A DNA stretch of 64,000 bases. Origin: Octopus vulgaris. Lineage: Eukaryota. The first letter of the stretch is position 1. Each line of letters opens with the position of its first letter. A model generated the notes under the pieces. The model was given only the letters and a program-made list of their open reading frames with translations, searched no databases and was not told the origin of the DNA. The translations under genes and the position numbers were made by a program. Where the stretch lies: NCBI GenBank assembly GCA_951406725.2, contig OX597834.1, forward strand, positions 26,846,001 through 26,910,000. The letters run 5' to 3'. Positions 42,469 to 57,194 of the stretch are shown here, one piece after another.

Positions 42469-43812
42469 ATAATCTTTATACCCTTCTTAATGTGGATTTA
42501 TTGTAAGGACGCCCCCAAGAAAGTCCTGAGATAGCTTCGCATAAAACACCCGCTGAAGCATAGAAATACCAATAGCAGCCGAGAATAAACACATATTTCG
42601 GAAATAAACATGTATACGTGAAGATTATGGCGTTCTAACAATACATTTACGTTTAATAGGATACAATGATTGCTATTCGGTACAAATAAAAGTGTACTTA
42701 ATTACTTTGGTTCCTTAAGGAAACATCAACTATGGTCCCTTAAGGAAACATCAACTATAGACTCGATTTGACCTTGTGAGTGGGATTTGGTAAATGGAAG
42801 CTTTTCAGAAGTTGTTTATGAGTCTGGTTTAGCTTCATCAAATAAAACAAGATCGATATAATGCTAAAATGGTTACTTAGAAAATCGGTAAAATATGCAG
42901 AGTGATAAAATTCGGACCAGACCGAAACGCGAATTGGATGTCGGCGGTCGTTTTCACAACGCTGGAGGGTAGCGCCCACTCCAGCTTGACAGTCAACTCA
43001 AAATGAAACTAGTAACAGTAAGAATCATAGGGCATATGTGTGTTCTCTTGCATCAGTATCTAAGACAGAAATCTGTATTTGTGAGGATTGTATTAGATCT
43101 AAGCATAAAATTCGGCATCATACAAATTTTTCTCTTTCCCTTAATTTTCTTACAATTGTCTTCTCTTTGTTAACGGATACCAACTGAAACGTTAAAACCA
43201 TTCGTTTTTTTCCTATAACATATTTATCTTCACTGTACACATTTTTGATTTTTATTTTTTTGCTTTATATTCCTACGCTTTCCCAGGCAAAAGATCAAGG
43301 TTTTCCCACTCCTTGTATTATTTGTTTGTATGTCTCATGTTTGGTTCATCTCAGTCGTCTTAATGTAGCTTTTATGTATGTATGTATGCATGCATGTATT
43401 TATGTATGTATGTATGTATGTATGTATGTATGTATGTATGTATGTATGCATGTATGTATGCATGCATGTATGCATGCATGTATGTATGTATGCATGCATG
43501 CATGCATGCATGTATGTATGTATGTATGTATGTATGTATGTATGTATGTATATATGTATGTATGTATGTATGTATGCATGCATGTATGTATGTATGTATC
43601 TATTTATGTATGTATGTATGTATGTATGTGTATATGTATGTATGTATGTATGTATGTGTGTATGTATGTGTGTATGTATGCATGTACGGATGTATTTATG
43701 TATGTAAGTATGTATGTGTGTATGTATGTGTGTATGTATATATGTATGTATTTATGTATGTATGTATGTATGTATGTATCTTATTACACAGAAACACACA
43801 CACACTTATATG

Positions 43813-43847
<35 letters not shown>

Positions 43848-43974
43848 GTATGTATGTTCTCAAACACGTAACAGTCTCTTTGTCTCTCTTCCGCTTACTC
43901 TCTTCACTTATACTTGCACACTCTCACATACACGACCATACACACACACAAACGCATATGTATATACGCATATA

Positions 43975-44068
<94 letters not shown>

Positions 44069-44353
44069 TTGCGTGTGTACGTGCGTGTGTGTGTGTGTGT
44101 GTACACATACACACGCACACACACACACATACAAATATTTAGTAGAGTCTCCTGCTTAAATGCAAAGCATGCCATTCATATCTACGCCATATAAATGAAT
44201 GCAAATAAAAATAATCAGGTTTTAATATAAATCCTTCATGTCTCTGAGAGACAGCACAAAAGTAGAGTAAATACAGGCTACGTGTACTCTACATCAATTC
44301 ATTATTCACATCGTTTTGCATACTCTCTCTCTCTCTCTCTCTCTCACGTTCTG

Positions 44354-44407
<54 letters not shown>

Positions 44408-44414
44408 CGTACGA

Positions 44415-44617
44415 GCGTGGCTGTGTGGTACGAAGCTTGCTTCCCGATCACTGCGTGGCTGTATGGTAAGTAGCTTGCTTACCAACCACATGGTTCCGGG
44501 TTCATTCCCACTGCGTGGCACCTTGGGCAAGTGTCTTCTACTATAACCTCGGTTCGACCAAAGCCTTGTGAGTGGATTTGGTCGACGGAAACTAAAAGAA
44601 GCCAGTCGTTATATATA

Positions 44618-44683
<66 letters not shown>

Positions 44684-44900
44684 AGTGTGTGTATTTGTGT
44701 GTGTGTTTGTCTTTATGTCTGTGTTTGTCCCACATCACTGCTTGCAAACCGTTGTTGGTCTGTTTACGTCCCCGAAACTTAGCAGTTCGGCAAAAGAAAC
44801 TGTAGAATAAGTACTAGGCTTAAAAAATATGTCCTGGGGTCGATTTGTTCGTTTAAAACGCTTCAAGGCAATGCTCCAGTCAAATGACTGAAACAAGGGA
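44415..44900 (+). mobile_element. SINE family A with a partially duplicated head
   Basis: GCGTGGCTGT occurs twice (~44415 and ~44453), followed by the body. Confidence 0.85.
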
Positions 44901-44907
44901 ATACATA

Positions 44908-44962
<55 letters not shown>

Positions 44963-45616
44963 ACACACACACACAGGACGAAATGTTAGCGCTTAGCAGT
45001 GTTTAATCATGACCAATATTTCGGTTAGTTAAAATAAGATTGTGACATATTTCAACAGCTAAGAAGCAAATACACTTCAGTTACTGTGGAGAAAATATCT
45101 CTCTTATTACCATAAGGTGTGAAAACACCCTGTCTGTTTAGCGTCGTCATCTATCAGGAACTCCAGACATCGATGTTTCTAGTTCATTGGCTCTTGTCGA
45201 TGGGATGTTTCTAAGGGAGGCAACTCTGAACAGACGTATAAAGCCATACTGAAAAGTAATGTCTGCTGCCACTTCAGTATGCCACAATATTTCCTCCAGC
45301 TGGTTAACGACACTACCCGTGTCCAATTTATTGCGATCGGGGGGAGCAAACTCCGACCATCTAGCGGTGACAAGAACAATAGACCTGCCTGGTTTCAGGC
45401 TATTTCCCTTCGTCAGTTCTGGACACCTGTCTCCTAGACATGGCAGTCGTTCGGCCCAGCTCGCAACAAGCAGTAAAATAAGCGACATTCAGCCGCTGAT
45501 ATTGCAACAAGCACAATAGCTACTTCTAAAATCTCTTTAAGATATGTAAGTAGTAACGCTACTGAGAAGGTGATTAGAAAACCAGCAATTCATCGAATAT
45601 AAATAACAACGCTATT

Positions 45617-45996
45617 TGGAAGCACTCCGTCGGTTACGACGATGAGGGTTCCGGTTGATCCGAATCAACGGAACAGTCTGAAATTAACGTGTAAGTGGCT
45701 GAGCACTCCACAGACACGTGCACCCTTAACGTAGTTCTCGGGGATATTCAGCGTGACACAGAGAGTGACAAGGCCGGCCCCTTGAAATACAGGTACAACA
45801 GAAACAGGAAGTAAGAGTGAGAGAAAGTTGTGGTGAAAGAGTACAGCAGGGATCACCACCACCCCCTGCCGGAGCATCGTGGAGCTTTTAGGTGTTTTCG
45901 CTCAATAAACACTCACAACGCCCGGTCTGGGAATCGAAACCGCGATCCTATGACCGCGAGTCCGCTGCCCTAACCGCTGGGCCATTGCGCCTCCAC
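45617..45996 (-). mobile_element. SINE family B with 11-bp target-site duplication
   Basis: ACAACGCTATT at 45606-45616 and 45999-46009. Confidence 0.92.
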
Positions 45997-46246
45997 TGAC
46001 AACGCTATTACCTTCCACTGAAAACCAATGCAGGACGCCTGTTTGAATCAGTTCATTTTGAAAACGTCATGAGTGATGAACCCTTGCTGAAATTGAAACG
46101 GCTAGAATGCATAATTGCATACAAAGTAATATGCAGTCGCTGAAGTCGAAACATATGTAGGTCTGATGTGTATGTTGTAGAAGACCTTTAAATAAAGAGG
46201 TTTTGGATGTGAATAAAATCACCACTCTCCTCTTCGTTATCAACGT

Positions 46247-46326
<80 letters not shown>

Positions 46327-46384
46327 CACACACATATATATATATAGATATATACACACATATATATGTCTACAGCTACACACA

Positions 46385-46530
46385 ATATATACGAGGAGCT
46401 TCTTCCAGTTTCCGTCTACGAAGCTTTGGTCGGCCAGAGGCCCGAGTAGAATACACTTGACCAAGTTGCGACGCGGATTGAACCCGGAACCATGTGTTTC
46501 GAAAGCAAACTTCTTACCACACAGCCTATG
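46385..46530 (-). mobile_element. SINE family A, decayed 5' half
   Basis: CAGTTTCCGTCTAC...GAACCCGGAACCATGTG...CTTACCACACAGCC. Confidence 0.75.
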
Positions 46531-47026
46531 CGTGTATCTATGCGACTGTGTGTGTGTGAGTATGTGCGTGAGTTTGTATGTATGTGTGAGTGTGTGTGTG
46601 TGTGTTTGCGGTAACATATACATATATTATGTATATAAATATATACTTACATTTGAATATAAATATAAATACCTATACACACACATATATGTATATGAAT
46701 ATCTATATATGTTGTTGGATCATCTGAATTACCTGCCCATTATATTAACTTACAAGTGGTTGATTACTCCATAGACATCTGCACACTTAATGTAGATCTC
46801 AGACAGAATCAGCTTGACATGTTTTGTGACAAGGCTGTGCCTTTTCAATTAAAATACAAAACTCCTGGTCGGGCTTCTTTACAGTTTCTAGCTATCAAAT
46901 TTCTCTCGCAAAGATTGGGTGAACCAGAGTTATTACAAGAAGATATCATCTTAGCGTGCTACATACTGCGATTGAACCAGAAACCTTATTCTGCGCCTTT
47001 ATTCATATATTTTGCTTCCATACCCC

Positions 47027-47079
<53 letters not shown>

Positions 47080-47367
47080 GTGTGTATGTATGTATGTATG
47101 TATGTATGTGTGTGTTTATACATATATATATATATGTATACATATATATATATATATATAAATATATACATATATACATATATATCTGTATGTTTATATA
47201 CAAAATTTAAAGGACTGACCACTAAAAGTGGACGGTCAACATGCTAGATATAGACGTCAAATCGCTATTTTCACAAAAAATATGTTCTCAAATAAAAAAC
47301 CAGCACGAGCCAAAGTCTTAAAAATAAGCAAGACAAATGAAAATATACGAAATAAAAATGGTTACCT

Positions 47368-47430
47368 CTGTACTGATCAGTTTCGATCGTCATTATCCAC
47401 GCATGTGAATGCCCGCAATCTCTTCAGCGT
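47368..47430 (-). ncRNA. Candidate hammerhead motif (family H7), helix I decayed
   Basis: Minus strand: CTGAAGA-GATTG...CGATC-GAAA-CTGATCAG-TA; palindromic helix III ACTGATCAGT, GUA site. Confidence 0.55.
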
Positions 47431-47596
47431 AGTCGTCATATAGAAATACAAATTGCAGGACTAGATACAAAAACATTTGACCGGAGTCTCGCATGCATAG
47501 AGTTCAACCAATTATATCTATGTGTATCTTTCAAATGCTTGCACTTTGGCGCGCTGAGATCGGAAATCTAGCCTGCAGCTAATAAGCTAATGTATG

Positions 47597-47651
<55 letters not shown>

Positions 47652-47836
47652 TTATATATATGCATATGTATATGTATATATATATATATGTACAAATGTA
47701 TATATATATATATGTACATATGTATATATATATTTAAAGTTAATCCAAACAAGAAAACAAAAAAAAACACAGCAACGCGAGGACGTGGAACAAATAAAGT
47801 ATTATTGGACGCTCAGCACAGAAGGGAAGAAGGAGG

Positions 47837-47871
47837 GTTTAACGTTTCGAGCGGAGCTCTTCGTCGGAAAC
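47837..47871 (-). ncRNA. Minimal hammerhead motif (family H2) in repeat 47735-47942
   Basis: Motif identical to 27095-27129. Confidence 0.7.
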
Positions 47872-47947
47872 AAAGGAGAAGGAAAGATCCCGAGAAGGGA
47901 AGACAGAGGAAAAAAAATTGCTGGCGGTGCTCACGAGGTCATAAATA

Positions 47948-47980
<33 letters not shown>

Positions 47981-48052
47981 GTTGGTCCCGGGTTGATTCG
48001 GGGTTAACCACAGTAAGTAAGGTACTCAATACATAGCAGAGTAAAATTAATT

Positions 48053-48324
<272 letters not shown>

Positions 48325-48611
48325 CATACATATGCCCTCACATGCCTTATGCATATTATAAAACACACACATGAACGCATAAGTACGTATTAAAGAAAAT
48401 ATACACTCATTTGTGTACATATAGTACACATCTGTTTCCATATATACAAATAGAATTATACACACATGTAAACGTTCTCATATTTCAGAGAACCTCGCGT
48501 ACACACGCGGACACATACATATTCGCACACACACACACACACACACAAGCATGTATTATATATATATATATATACATATATACTACATATGCTTAGTAAG
48601 ATACACACATG

Positions 48612-48646
<35 letters not shown>

Positions 48647-48647
48647 G

Positions 48648-48762
<115 letters not shown>

Positions 48763-49304
48763 ATTTAACAATCTCTTATGCTCTCTGTTTGTCTCTCTCT
48801 CCCTCTCCCCCTCCCTCTCTCTCTCCTCTCTCTCTACCCCCTCTCTCTCTCGCGAGTGTGTGCATTATATCTCTTTCACCATTTCATCTACTCGTTCTAC
48901 TTTCGCTTTCAAAAGCAGTGACATTATAAATTTATGAGATGCATTGTTTATTTACAATGCGTTATTACACGGAAAAACATGCGTTTAATGTTATTTATAT
49001 GGTATTTACGATCAATTCCATAAATTTGGACTGATGCAATTATGTTTCAGTAATAATTTCGTATGTTATTAATATAACAACCAGAACAGTGTAAAACATA
49101 TTAGCCCAATATATGACCTCGTTAAAACAGACTTAACACCTAGATATACTTCTTAGAAATTCCATGACAGGTTTACGCAATAGCATGGTGCACAATAGGA
49201 TCCTGTTCTTAACCTTGGTTTTGCTAGCTGTTGTGTGTGAGGTGTACAACAGCCGTTCCCTTTCAAATTGGACATTCAGAGGTATTGAGAAAATACAGAG
49301 GCGA

Positions 49305-49468
49305 GGCATAGACGTGGCTGTGTGATAAGCAGCTTGCTTCCCAACCACATGGTCCTGGGTTCAGTCCAACAGCGTGACACCTTGGATAAGTGTCATCTAT
49401 AGCCTCGAGCCAACTAAATCCTTGTGAGTGGATCTGGTACACGGAAATTGAAGGAAGCCTGTCGTATA
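49305..49468 (+). mobile_element. SINE family A, diverged 5' half
   Basis: GTGGCTGTGTGATAAG...GGAAGCCTGTCGTATA. Confidence 0.8.
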
Positions 49469-49988
49469 ATGCAGTTAACGACGGATGCATTTACCGTTTA
49501 GTTGCAGAGCAAAACGAAAACTGAGAGTTCTTACACGAATAAAAGGGGAGATAACTTTATGAAATAAAAAAAAATTATATCTCTGGAATTTTAATTTTTA
49601 AAGCTTAGAAAGATTACCTTATATATTTTTAGCGGGTTAAGGAAGGGGCATCCACACACATGTTTCAGCTTTACTGAACCTCATTAGCACAGTACAACAT
49701 TAAAGGTACTTTGTTCGCTGAACAGAGAGATTTCTACAAGTAGAAGAGTTAGAGTGCATTATGGACGGCATACACAGTTACTCAAAATGAGTAATAAGGG
49801 AAATAACTCAAATAGGTCAATAGCATTTCTACATTGATTATTCAGGTAGGTTGTGATGTACTAACTGACGTGAGCAAAACAAAGAAATCTAAATAAACTG
49901 AAATATGCTTCTTAGTTTCATGTATATATATGTATGTATATATGTATGTATATATATATAGTGTGTGTGCGTGTGCGCAACTGTGTGC

Positions 49989-50040
<52 letters not shown>

Positions 50041-50261
50041 CACATACAATTACACACACTAACACACATTTCCATGTATATATATCAACATTCATAATTA
50101 CGTATATATATATATATGTGTGTATGTGTATTTGTGTGTGTGTGTGCAGATGTGTTTGTATGAGTGTGTGCATGAATTCACACACATTAAAAGATATATA
50201 TGTATACATATATATAAATATATGCATATATGTACACACACACATCTACATACATATACAT

Positions 50262-50302
<41 letters not shown>

Positions 50303-50835
50303 CATAAATGTAGCAGAATATTGCGAAACTCAAAAATACACACGTACACATACGCATGTGTGTGCGCGTGTCTCCGTACTCATACATATTTACATATGTA
50401 CATATATACATACGTAAATATATACATACACACACGCATATACTCGCATATGTATATGTATAAACACGTGCATATCTGCACACCCATATATAGTATTAAT
50501 TTGCGTGTGTGTGTGTGGGTGTGTGTGTGTGTGTGTTTGTGAGTGCTTATAAGATACTAGATTATATATGTATATATGTGTGTATGTGTGTGTGAATGCA
50601 TATATATATTTATATGTATATCTATGTATATCACCCCTCATATGCATGTATATAACCTTCATCATTACTACCACCAACACCTTCTTCACCATCACCGCCA
50701 TCATGTAAGTGTAGCCAATATATAACACATGGAACAGACAAGACAACTGTTATCATTTACAGGTATACCCATCGCCGTGAAACAACAAGAATAAAAGTAC
50801 AATGAAAAAAATACACACAACAAAAATACACACAT

Positions 50836-50871
<36 letters not shown>

Positions 50872-51168
50872 ACATATAACAAAAATGTATATAAAACAAA
50901 TATAACAAAATAAAGATAAAAATATATAAAAATCAACTCCTCTCTCCGCCTCCTTCTACCTTCACGTTCTCTCCCTAACCACTCCGATTTCCACCACACA
51001 CACACGTTAAACCACAAACATGCAACTCATATATTATCTGAATGTTAAATAGCATTCTTTTTTCTGTTGCTGTTCAATTTGACCTTTACCGTGGATCAGG
51101 GTCACTTTCAGTCGTTTCTTTCTTCTTTCTATGTTTTAATAACATATACACCGAGAAAGATCTTCCAA

Positions 51169-51169
<1 letters not shown>

Positions 51170-51227
<58 letters not shown>

Positions 51228-51296
51228 CATAATAATAATAATAATGATATTAATAATAATAATAATAATAACAATAATAATAATATTAATAATAGC

Positions 51297-51363
<67 letters not shown>

Positions 51364-51467
51364 GTAATAATAATAATAATAATAGCAATAATAATAATAA
51401 TAATAATAATAGCAATGATAATAATAATAATAATAATAATAGCAATAATAATAATAATAATAATAGC

Positions 51468-51528
<61 letters not shown>

Positions 51529-51530
51529 TA
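51170..51530. repeat. (AAT)n microsatellite
   Basis: Seen directly. Confidence 0.95.
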
Positions 51531-51544
51531 AATTATTTGCTTTC

Positions 51545-51598
<54 letters not shown>

Positions 51599-52028
51599 TT
51601 ATGAACGTGTGCATATATTTGTTCTTTAATATTTATACAATCTTTATTCACCAAAAATATAGGTCATATTTCACAATAGTTTTTTTTTAATGTTTTGTTA
51701 TTGTTCATCATTTTTGTTGTTGTTGTTGTTGTTGTAGAAGTGATACAACTATGGTATTATACGTGTGTCTTAGTTGCGATTGATCTTATTAGCTTTTAGT
51801 TAATAATATCGGTTTGTGTTAGAATATGGTTTGAATATTCGTAGAATTTCGTTAAGTAAAACGTATCAATTGCAAAAGAGCGTTCATAGGATACGACTAG
51901 CGTTTACGATATCAGCGATATTGGTAGCCATTTATATATCTTGCATAATATAAATACACCATGAAAGGCAAATTATCTTCTATGAACGTGCCGTGTTAAA
52001 AAACACAATATATATATATATATATATT

Positions 52029-52439
52029 GGCGCAGGAGTGGCTGTGTGGTAAGTAGCTTGCTTACCAACCACATGGTTCCGGGTTCAGTCCCACTGCATG
52101 GCACTTTGGGCAAGTGTCTTCTACTATAGCCTCGGGCCAACCAAAGCCTTGTGAGTGGATTTGGTAGACGGAAACTGAAAGAAGCCCGTCGTATATATGT
52201 ATATATATATATATATGTGTGCGTGTATGTTTGTGTGTCTGTGTTTGTCCCCCTAGCATTGCTTGACAACCGATGGTGGTGTGTTTATGTCCCCGTCACT
52301 TAGCGGTTCGGCAAAAGAGACCGATAGAATAAGTACTGGGCTTACAAAGAACAAGTCCCGGGGTCGAGTTGCTCGATTAAAGGCGGTGCTCCAGCATGGC
52401 CGCAGTCAAATGACTGAAACAAGTAAAAGAGTAAAAAGA

Positions 52440-52440
<1 letters not shown>
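52029..52440 (+). mobile_element. SINE family A
   Basis: Full-length match to the consensus. Confidence 0.9.
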
Positions 52441-52487
<47 letters not shown>

Positions 52488-52491
52488 AGAA

Positions 52492-52678
52492 GGCGGTGAG
52501 CTGACAGAATCGTTTGACTGTTTAGCGGAATTCTTTCTGGCATTTTATGTTCTGAGTTCGTATCCCGTCGAGGTCAGCTTTGTCGTTCATCTCTTGAAGA
52601 TCGATAAAATAGAATACCAGTCAAGTACTGATGTCGTAGTAATCGATTTATCGCTTTCCCTCAAAATGATCGACCTTG
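52492..52678 (+). mobile_element. SINE family C, diverged
   Basis: GGCGGTGAGCTGACAGAATCG...GTTCTGAGTTCG...GATAAAATAGAATACCAG. Confidence 0.75.
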
Positions 52679-52849
52679 CAACGGACCCTGCAACGGACCG
52701 GCATCCTATTTAGGTGGAATGTTCTCTTTTCTATCACTTATACGGCATGGAAACCGGGTAATCGAGAATAAAATTATATTGGAAGGAGACAGAACTCGTC
52801 TCAGAAACGCATCAGGTATCCCAGAAATGCACATAGACACAAACACGCA

Positions 52850-52972
<123 letters not shown>

Positions 52973-53053
52973 TATATATATGTATATATATATATGTGTA
53001 TATATATATATGTATATATGTATGAATATATATGTATATATATATATATGTAT

Positions 53054-53119
<66 letters not shown>

Positions 53120-53149
53120 GTATATATATATGTATACATATATATATAT

Positions 53150-53180
<31 letters not shown>

Positions 53181-53649
53181 GTATATATATATATGTATAT
53201 ATATATATGTATATATATATGTATATATATATGTATATATATGTATATATATATGTATATATATGCATATATATATATATATATGTATGTGTATATCAAA
53301 TATTAAACAAACTGCAGATTCTATGAAGGAATTAGGAGCTCATTGGTAGCCCATGGGAAGGAAACAGCTTCTACTGAATATTGAAACCGCGACGCAAGTT
53401 TGGCTAGACAGTTATTTCCATGACGGTTGAGATGACAAGAGAAATTAAACGTGATTATATAATGCTTGTTATTTAGTTAATTAGCTCTTTAATTTGGTTA
53501 AGGTCAGTCTGGAGCGTTGCATAAATAGTTTAGTATTCTATCTGTTGTGTTGTCTATGTGCATTGTTAGGAGGCGGTGGTAATATGTATTTATTTTTCGT
53601 TTTTCGTTTTTCGTTTTTCGTTTTTCGTTTTTACAATTTACGTAGCATC

Positions 53650-54223
53650 TTTAGTAGTTGGATCAAAGAATCAAACAAACTACTAGAGGTCGCTGCTGAT
53701 CTGCTTTTTGGCTCTGGCCTTTTGCAGATGGTTGATCTGGGATGCGAGAGAGACCTGTATTTCGGTACATTTTTTAAAGGTCTCAAAAAGAATCTTTGAT
53801 CAAGGTTTGATAGACCTTTATGGATGCAGCTGTATAATTGCAGACTTTTAAAGGCCAAAAATGCTGCCGTAAAAGTTCCGACTATAGCAGTTTCAGGAAG
53901 GGCGTGTTAAGATTTAAGATCTAACAGTTCTTCCTCATTCCTATGGTCTTTTTTTCTTTCTTTTCTTTCTTTCGTAAATGCCAAAGTTCGTAACAAAACT
54001 TTTGAGAATCTTACACACACACGTACACATACAGACACACATACAGATACATACACACACACATACATACACACATACATACACACATACACACATACAT
54101 ACATACATACATACATACATACATACATACATACATACATACATACATACATACATACATACATACATACACACATACATACACACATACATACACACAT
54201 ACATACATACATACATACATACA

Positions 54224-54255
<32 letters not shown>

Positions 54256-54587
54256 CACATACATACATACATACATACACACATACATACATACACACAC
54301 ATACATACATACTGACGAGAAGGGGGCATAATGTACCCCTTATTCCTTCGAAATTAGGAATATGCAGCCTTCGAAACATATGTCGAGAATAACGGAATTT
54401 TGTTAAATCGTCGTTCAACTCTATTCTTTCATTTATTTGTATTAAAAAAACACAAATTTCCACTCGAAAACACGTGATCTCTGCCCTTGGCATGTAGCTT
54501 CAACCGTGTTTTTCTGACGTGAATTTGCTACCCAGGTATCGGTTAACCGAATTATCCATACTAAGATAATTCATTCAACTACTTAAA

Positions 54588-54619
<32 letters not shown>

Positions 54620-56270
54620 GTATGTATATATTTCGTTTTTGTATTTCGTTTGCAAGATTCTTTATGTGAATTTGTATGTTGAAGCATATTTTATTGTGTC
54701 CAAGGCACTAAAAGAGAATGACTCTCCCCCAACACACACACATACGTGTGTGCGAGCGCGTATGTGTGTGAAGAGTCCTCTAATATTTGACTGATACTTT
54801 ATCTTATCAACTCCCGATGGCATGAAAGGAATCTACTCGTGCAAACCTGCGAAAAAATCTATTGGGGAAGGCTGGTAGTTATCCTGTTATATATATATAA
54901 GTCTTCACTCTCCACGTCACCGATGTAAAAGGACCCCTCTTTATGTTTGATGGAGCTAATCACCAGGGTCATCATCTTCTCAGGTATTGTCGTCAGAACA
55001 TTAAAAGCTGGAACAGATACCATATGACATCTCTTTCGAACGTTTCAAAGCTCCACCAATCCACCGCTCTCAATTGATGCAGTTTTAACAACCAGATACT
55101 AATGAACGATAAGAGTGACATCGGCTGCATTTGAACTCTCTTTAAAGAATTTGATTGGCAGTCTTCTGTCAGCACCGAAAGGGATAAGATTTTGTGCCGT
55201 TGGACATATTGTCCTTTATCCAGTTAAATATAACATTTATATATAGACAAAATGTATTTCAAAGATGCGTTAGAAGCAGTCTATGTAACTGGGTACATCT
55301 TATTGTAGAGTCGGAAGAAATTCGGCCAATTCACAGTGTTCTTGCCTCAGTGTGTATTTCTTTGTTCTCAGAATAAGGAATTTCCAGAGTGTCAACAGGT
55401 CGATTGTATCTCTTTAGCAAATATTTACGATACCAAAGCACCGAGTTCTAGGGAAGATTCTGCGGAAATATTTTTTAGAGTGAGATACGGTTTTCAAACA
55501 TACATATTCCCATGTCATGGGCGTTTCGGAATCTTGACTTGATTCTCTGGTTAAAGAATTTGATTGGCTGTCTTTTGTCAGCACCGAAAGGGATAAGATT
55601 TTGTGCCGTTGGACATATTGTCCTTTATCCAGTTAAATACATCTATATATAGACAAAATGTATTTCAAAGATGCTTTAGAAGCAGTCTATGTAACTGGAT
55701 ACTTCTTATTGTAGATTTTTGTCTATATCTGGCAAATAATTTGAAGAGAAATGAAGGATCCGGTATTGGTCTTTGTGGTCTTCGTCTTATTATCCCAGAC
55801 TCTTCGGGCAGGATTCCGTCAGCCGCCACCATTCGACTTCTGTTTCTTTTAAAAGGAAACCAGAAACTAAAAAGATCAACCTCCTTATTATATCAACGTG
55901 ATACAGTTTAGGACATAAGCGATATACGTCGATCTGTTCAAAGGTCTTTTGGCGAAATCGTGGCATATACAATTTAGCCCATATTTTGCCGTATCACGAG
56001 AAGATCAGATTTCTCAACCGATTGATCAATTGGTTAAATAGTTAATCAGGTGACAAAAAAATAATGAAGAAGAGAAATAGAAAAAGTGCTTGTGCTAATC
56101 ATTGGCATAATGACCCTCCCGAGACACAACAAAATATGTTCCAACACACGAGGTAATATCTTGCAAACCAAATACAAAGACGGAGCATTAAAACCATCCA
56201 TATAACTAATTCTCCAGAAATTGATTGCTTTGTAGAAACTTCGCCAGACATTTTCCGGGATTGGAAATGC
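53650..56270 (-). mobile_element. Old, fragmented CR1/L2-like LINE (RT domain to C-terminus), interrupted by microsatellites
   Basis: Minus-strand remnants in colinear order, with frameshifts: DFAK/TFEQID (~55950), RMVAADGILPEESGIIRRRPQRPIPDPSFLF (GVPQG-like, ~55780), VFNWIKDNMSNGTK, TLWKFLIL, and PDQP..RSAATSSSLFD (~53700). Confidence 0.65.
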
Positions 56271-56792
56271 GTGTTTTTCTTTCCCTCTGGAGAGAAATCC
56301 ATTTCATTATTATGTATTTTCTATTCCTGAGCGTTATACTAATACATCTGTTTGTTTTGTACACCACCTGTCTTCGTCTTTTGTTTTTTTCGTAAACCCT
56401 CCCTATATATATCACACGCTCACGTGGTCGCACATGTTGATCCTATCTTTTCTTACCACAACGAACTTCTCCACTGAACTCTTTACCTACTCTTCATCTA
56501 CCATTTACGGATTCGTTTGGATACTTACCCTCCGGCTGCACCTCTCCTACACACGGATCACAGTGGACTCTACTCTTGGTGAGAAATCCTTGCAATACAC
56601 CACGACGTCTAAAAACCTTTGAACTTTACGTAAAACTGTCTTTTTTGTCATTACTTTATTTTTATATTCATTTTTATAATTTCTAAACTTTCCTGTATTC
56701 CTCGTGTTTGACCCTTCTGTCCGGCACTAGTCGCCATGATAGATCGTTAGCCACTACACACATTTTTTTCTCTCCTTGTTTTTTCTGTGTCC

Positions 56793-56828
56793 CTCTCTGT
56801 AGAAGAGCGTAGGCTCGAAACGTAAAAT
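56793..56828 (+). ncRNA. Variant minimal hammerhead motif (family H3) in repeat 56730-56920
   Basis: CTGTAGA-A-GAGC(GTAG)GCTC-GAAA-CG-TA; helix I weakened. Confidence 0.5.
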
Positions 56829-57159
56829 AATTTTTCTATTCCTGAGCGTTATACTAATACATCTGTTTGTTTTGTACACCAACTGTCTTCGTCTTTTGTT
56901 TTTTTCGTAAACTCTCCCTATATATATATACTAGCCATTGTCCACCATACACACAAACACACATGCACACACTCACACATTCACACTTGTCATCTCGCAC
57001 ACCTTTTTTTACCATTCCTTCTTTGATATAGCTCTCTTGTTTTTAAAAACATTTTCCTCCATTATTACCACTTCCGTCTTTTTAGTATGTGACCTCGTGA
57101 ATACCACGTGCAATTTTTTTTTCTCTGTCCTCCCGTCTCGTGATCTTTCTTTCTCCTAT

Positions 57160-57194
57160 GTTTCCGACGAAGAGCTCCGCTCGAAACGTCAAAC
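57160..57194 (+). ncRNA. Minimal hammerhead motif (family H2) with GUC site, in repeat 57088-57292
   Basis: GTTT-CCGACGA-A-GAGC(TCC)GCTC-GAAA-CG-TC-AAAC. Confidence 0.75.

Noticed and set aside
45147-45488. 113-aa minus-strand ORF with a hydrophobic N-terminus
   Set aside because: No recognisable family; more likely decayed transposon sequence.
49655-49692. Minus-strand CTAATGA...GAAACATGTG
   Set aside because: Core mutated, G at the cleavage position, no helix I.
54312-54365. CTGACGA-GAAGG...CCTTC-GAAA hammerhead-like match
   Set aside because: Helix I does not form, helix III is marginal, and it overlaps a LINE coding remnant on the opposite strand.
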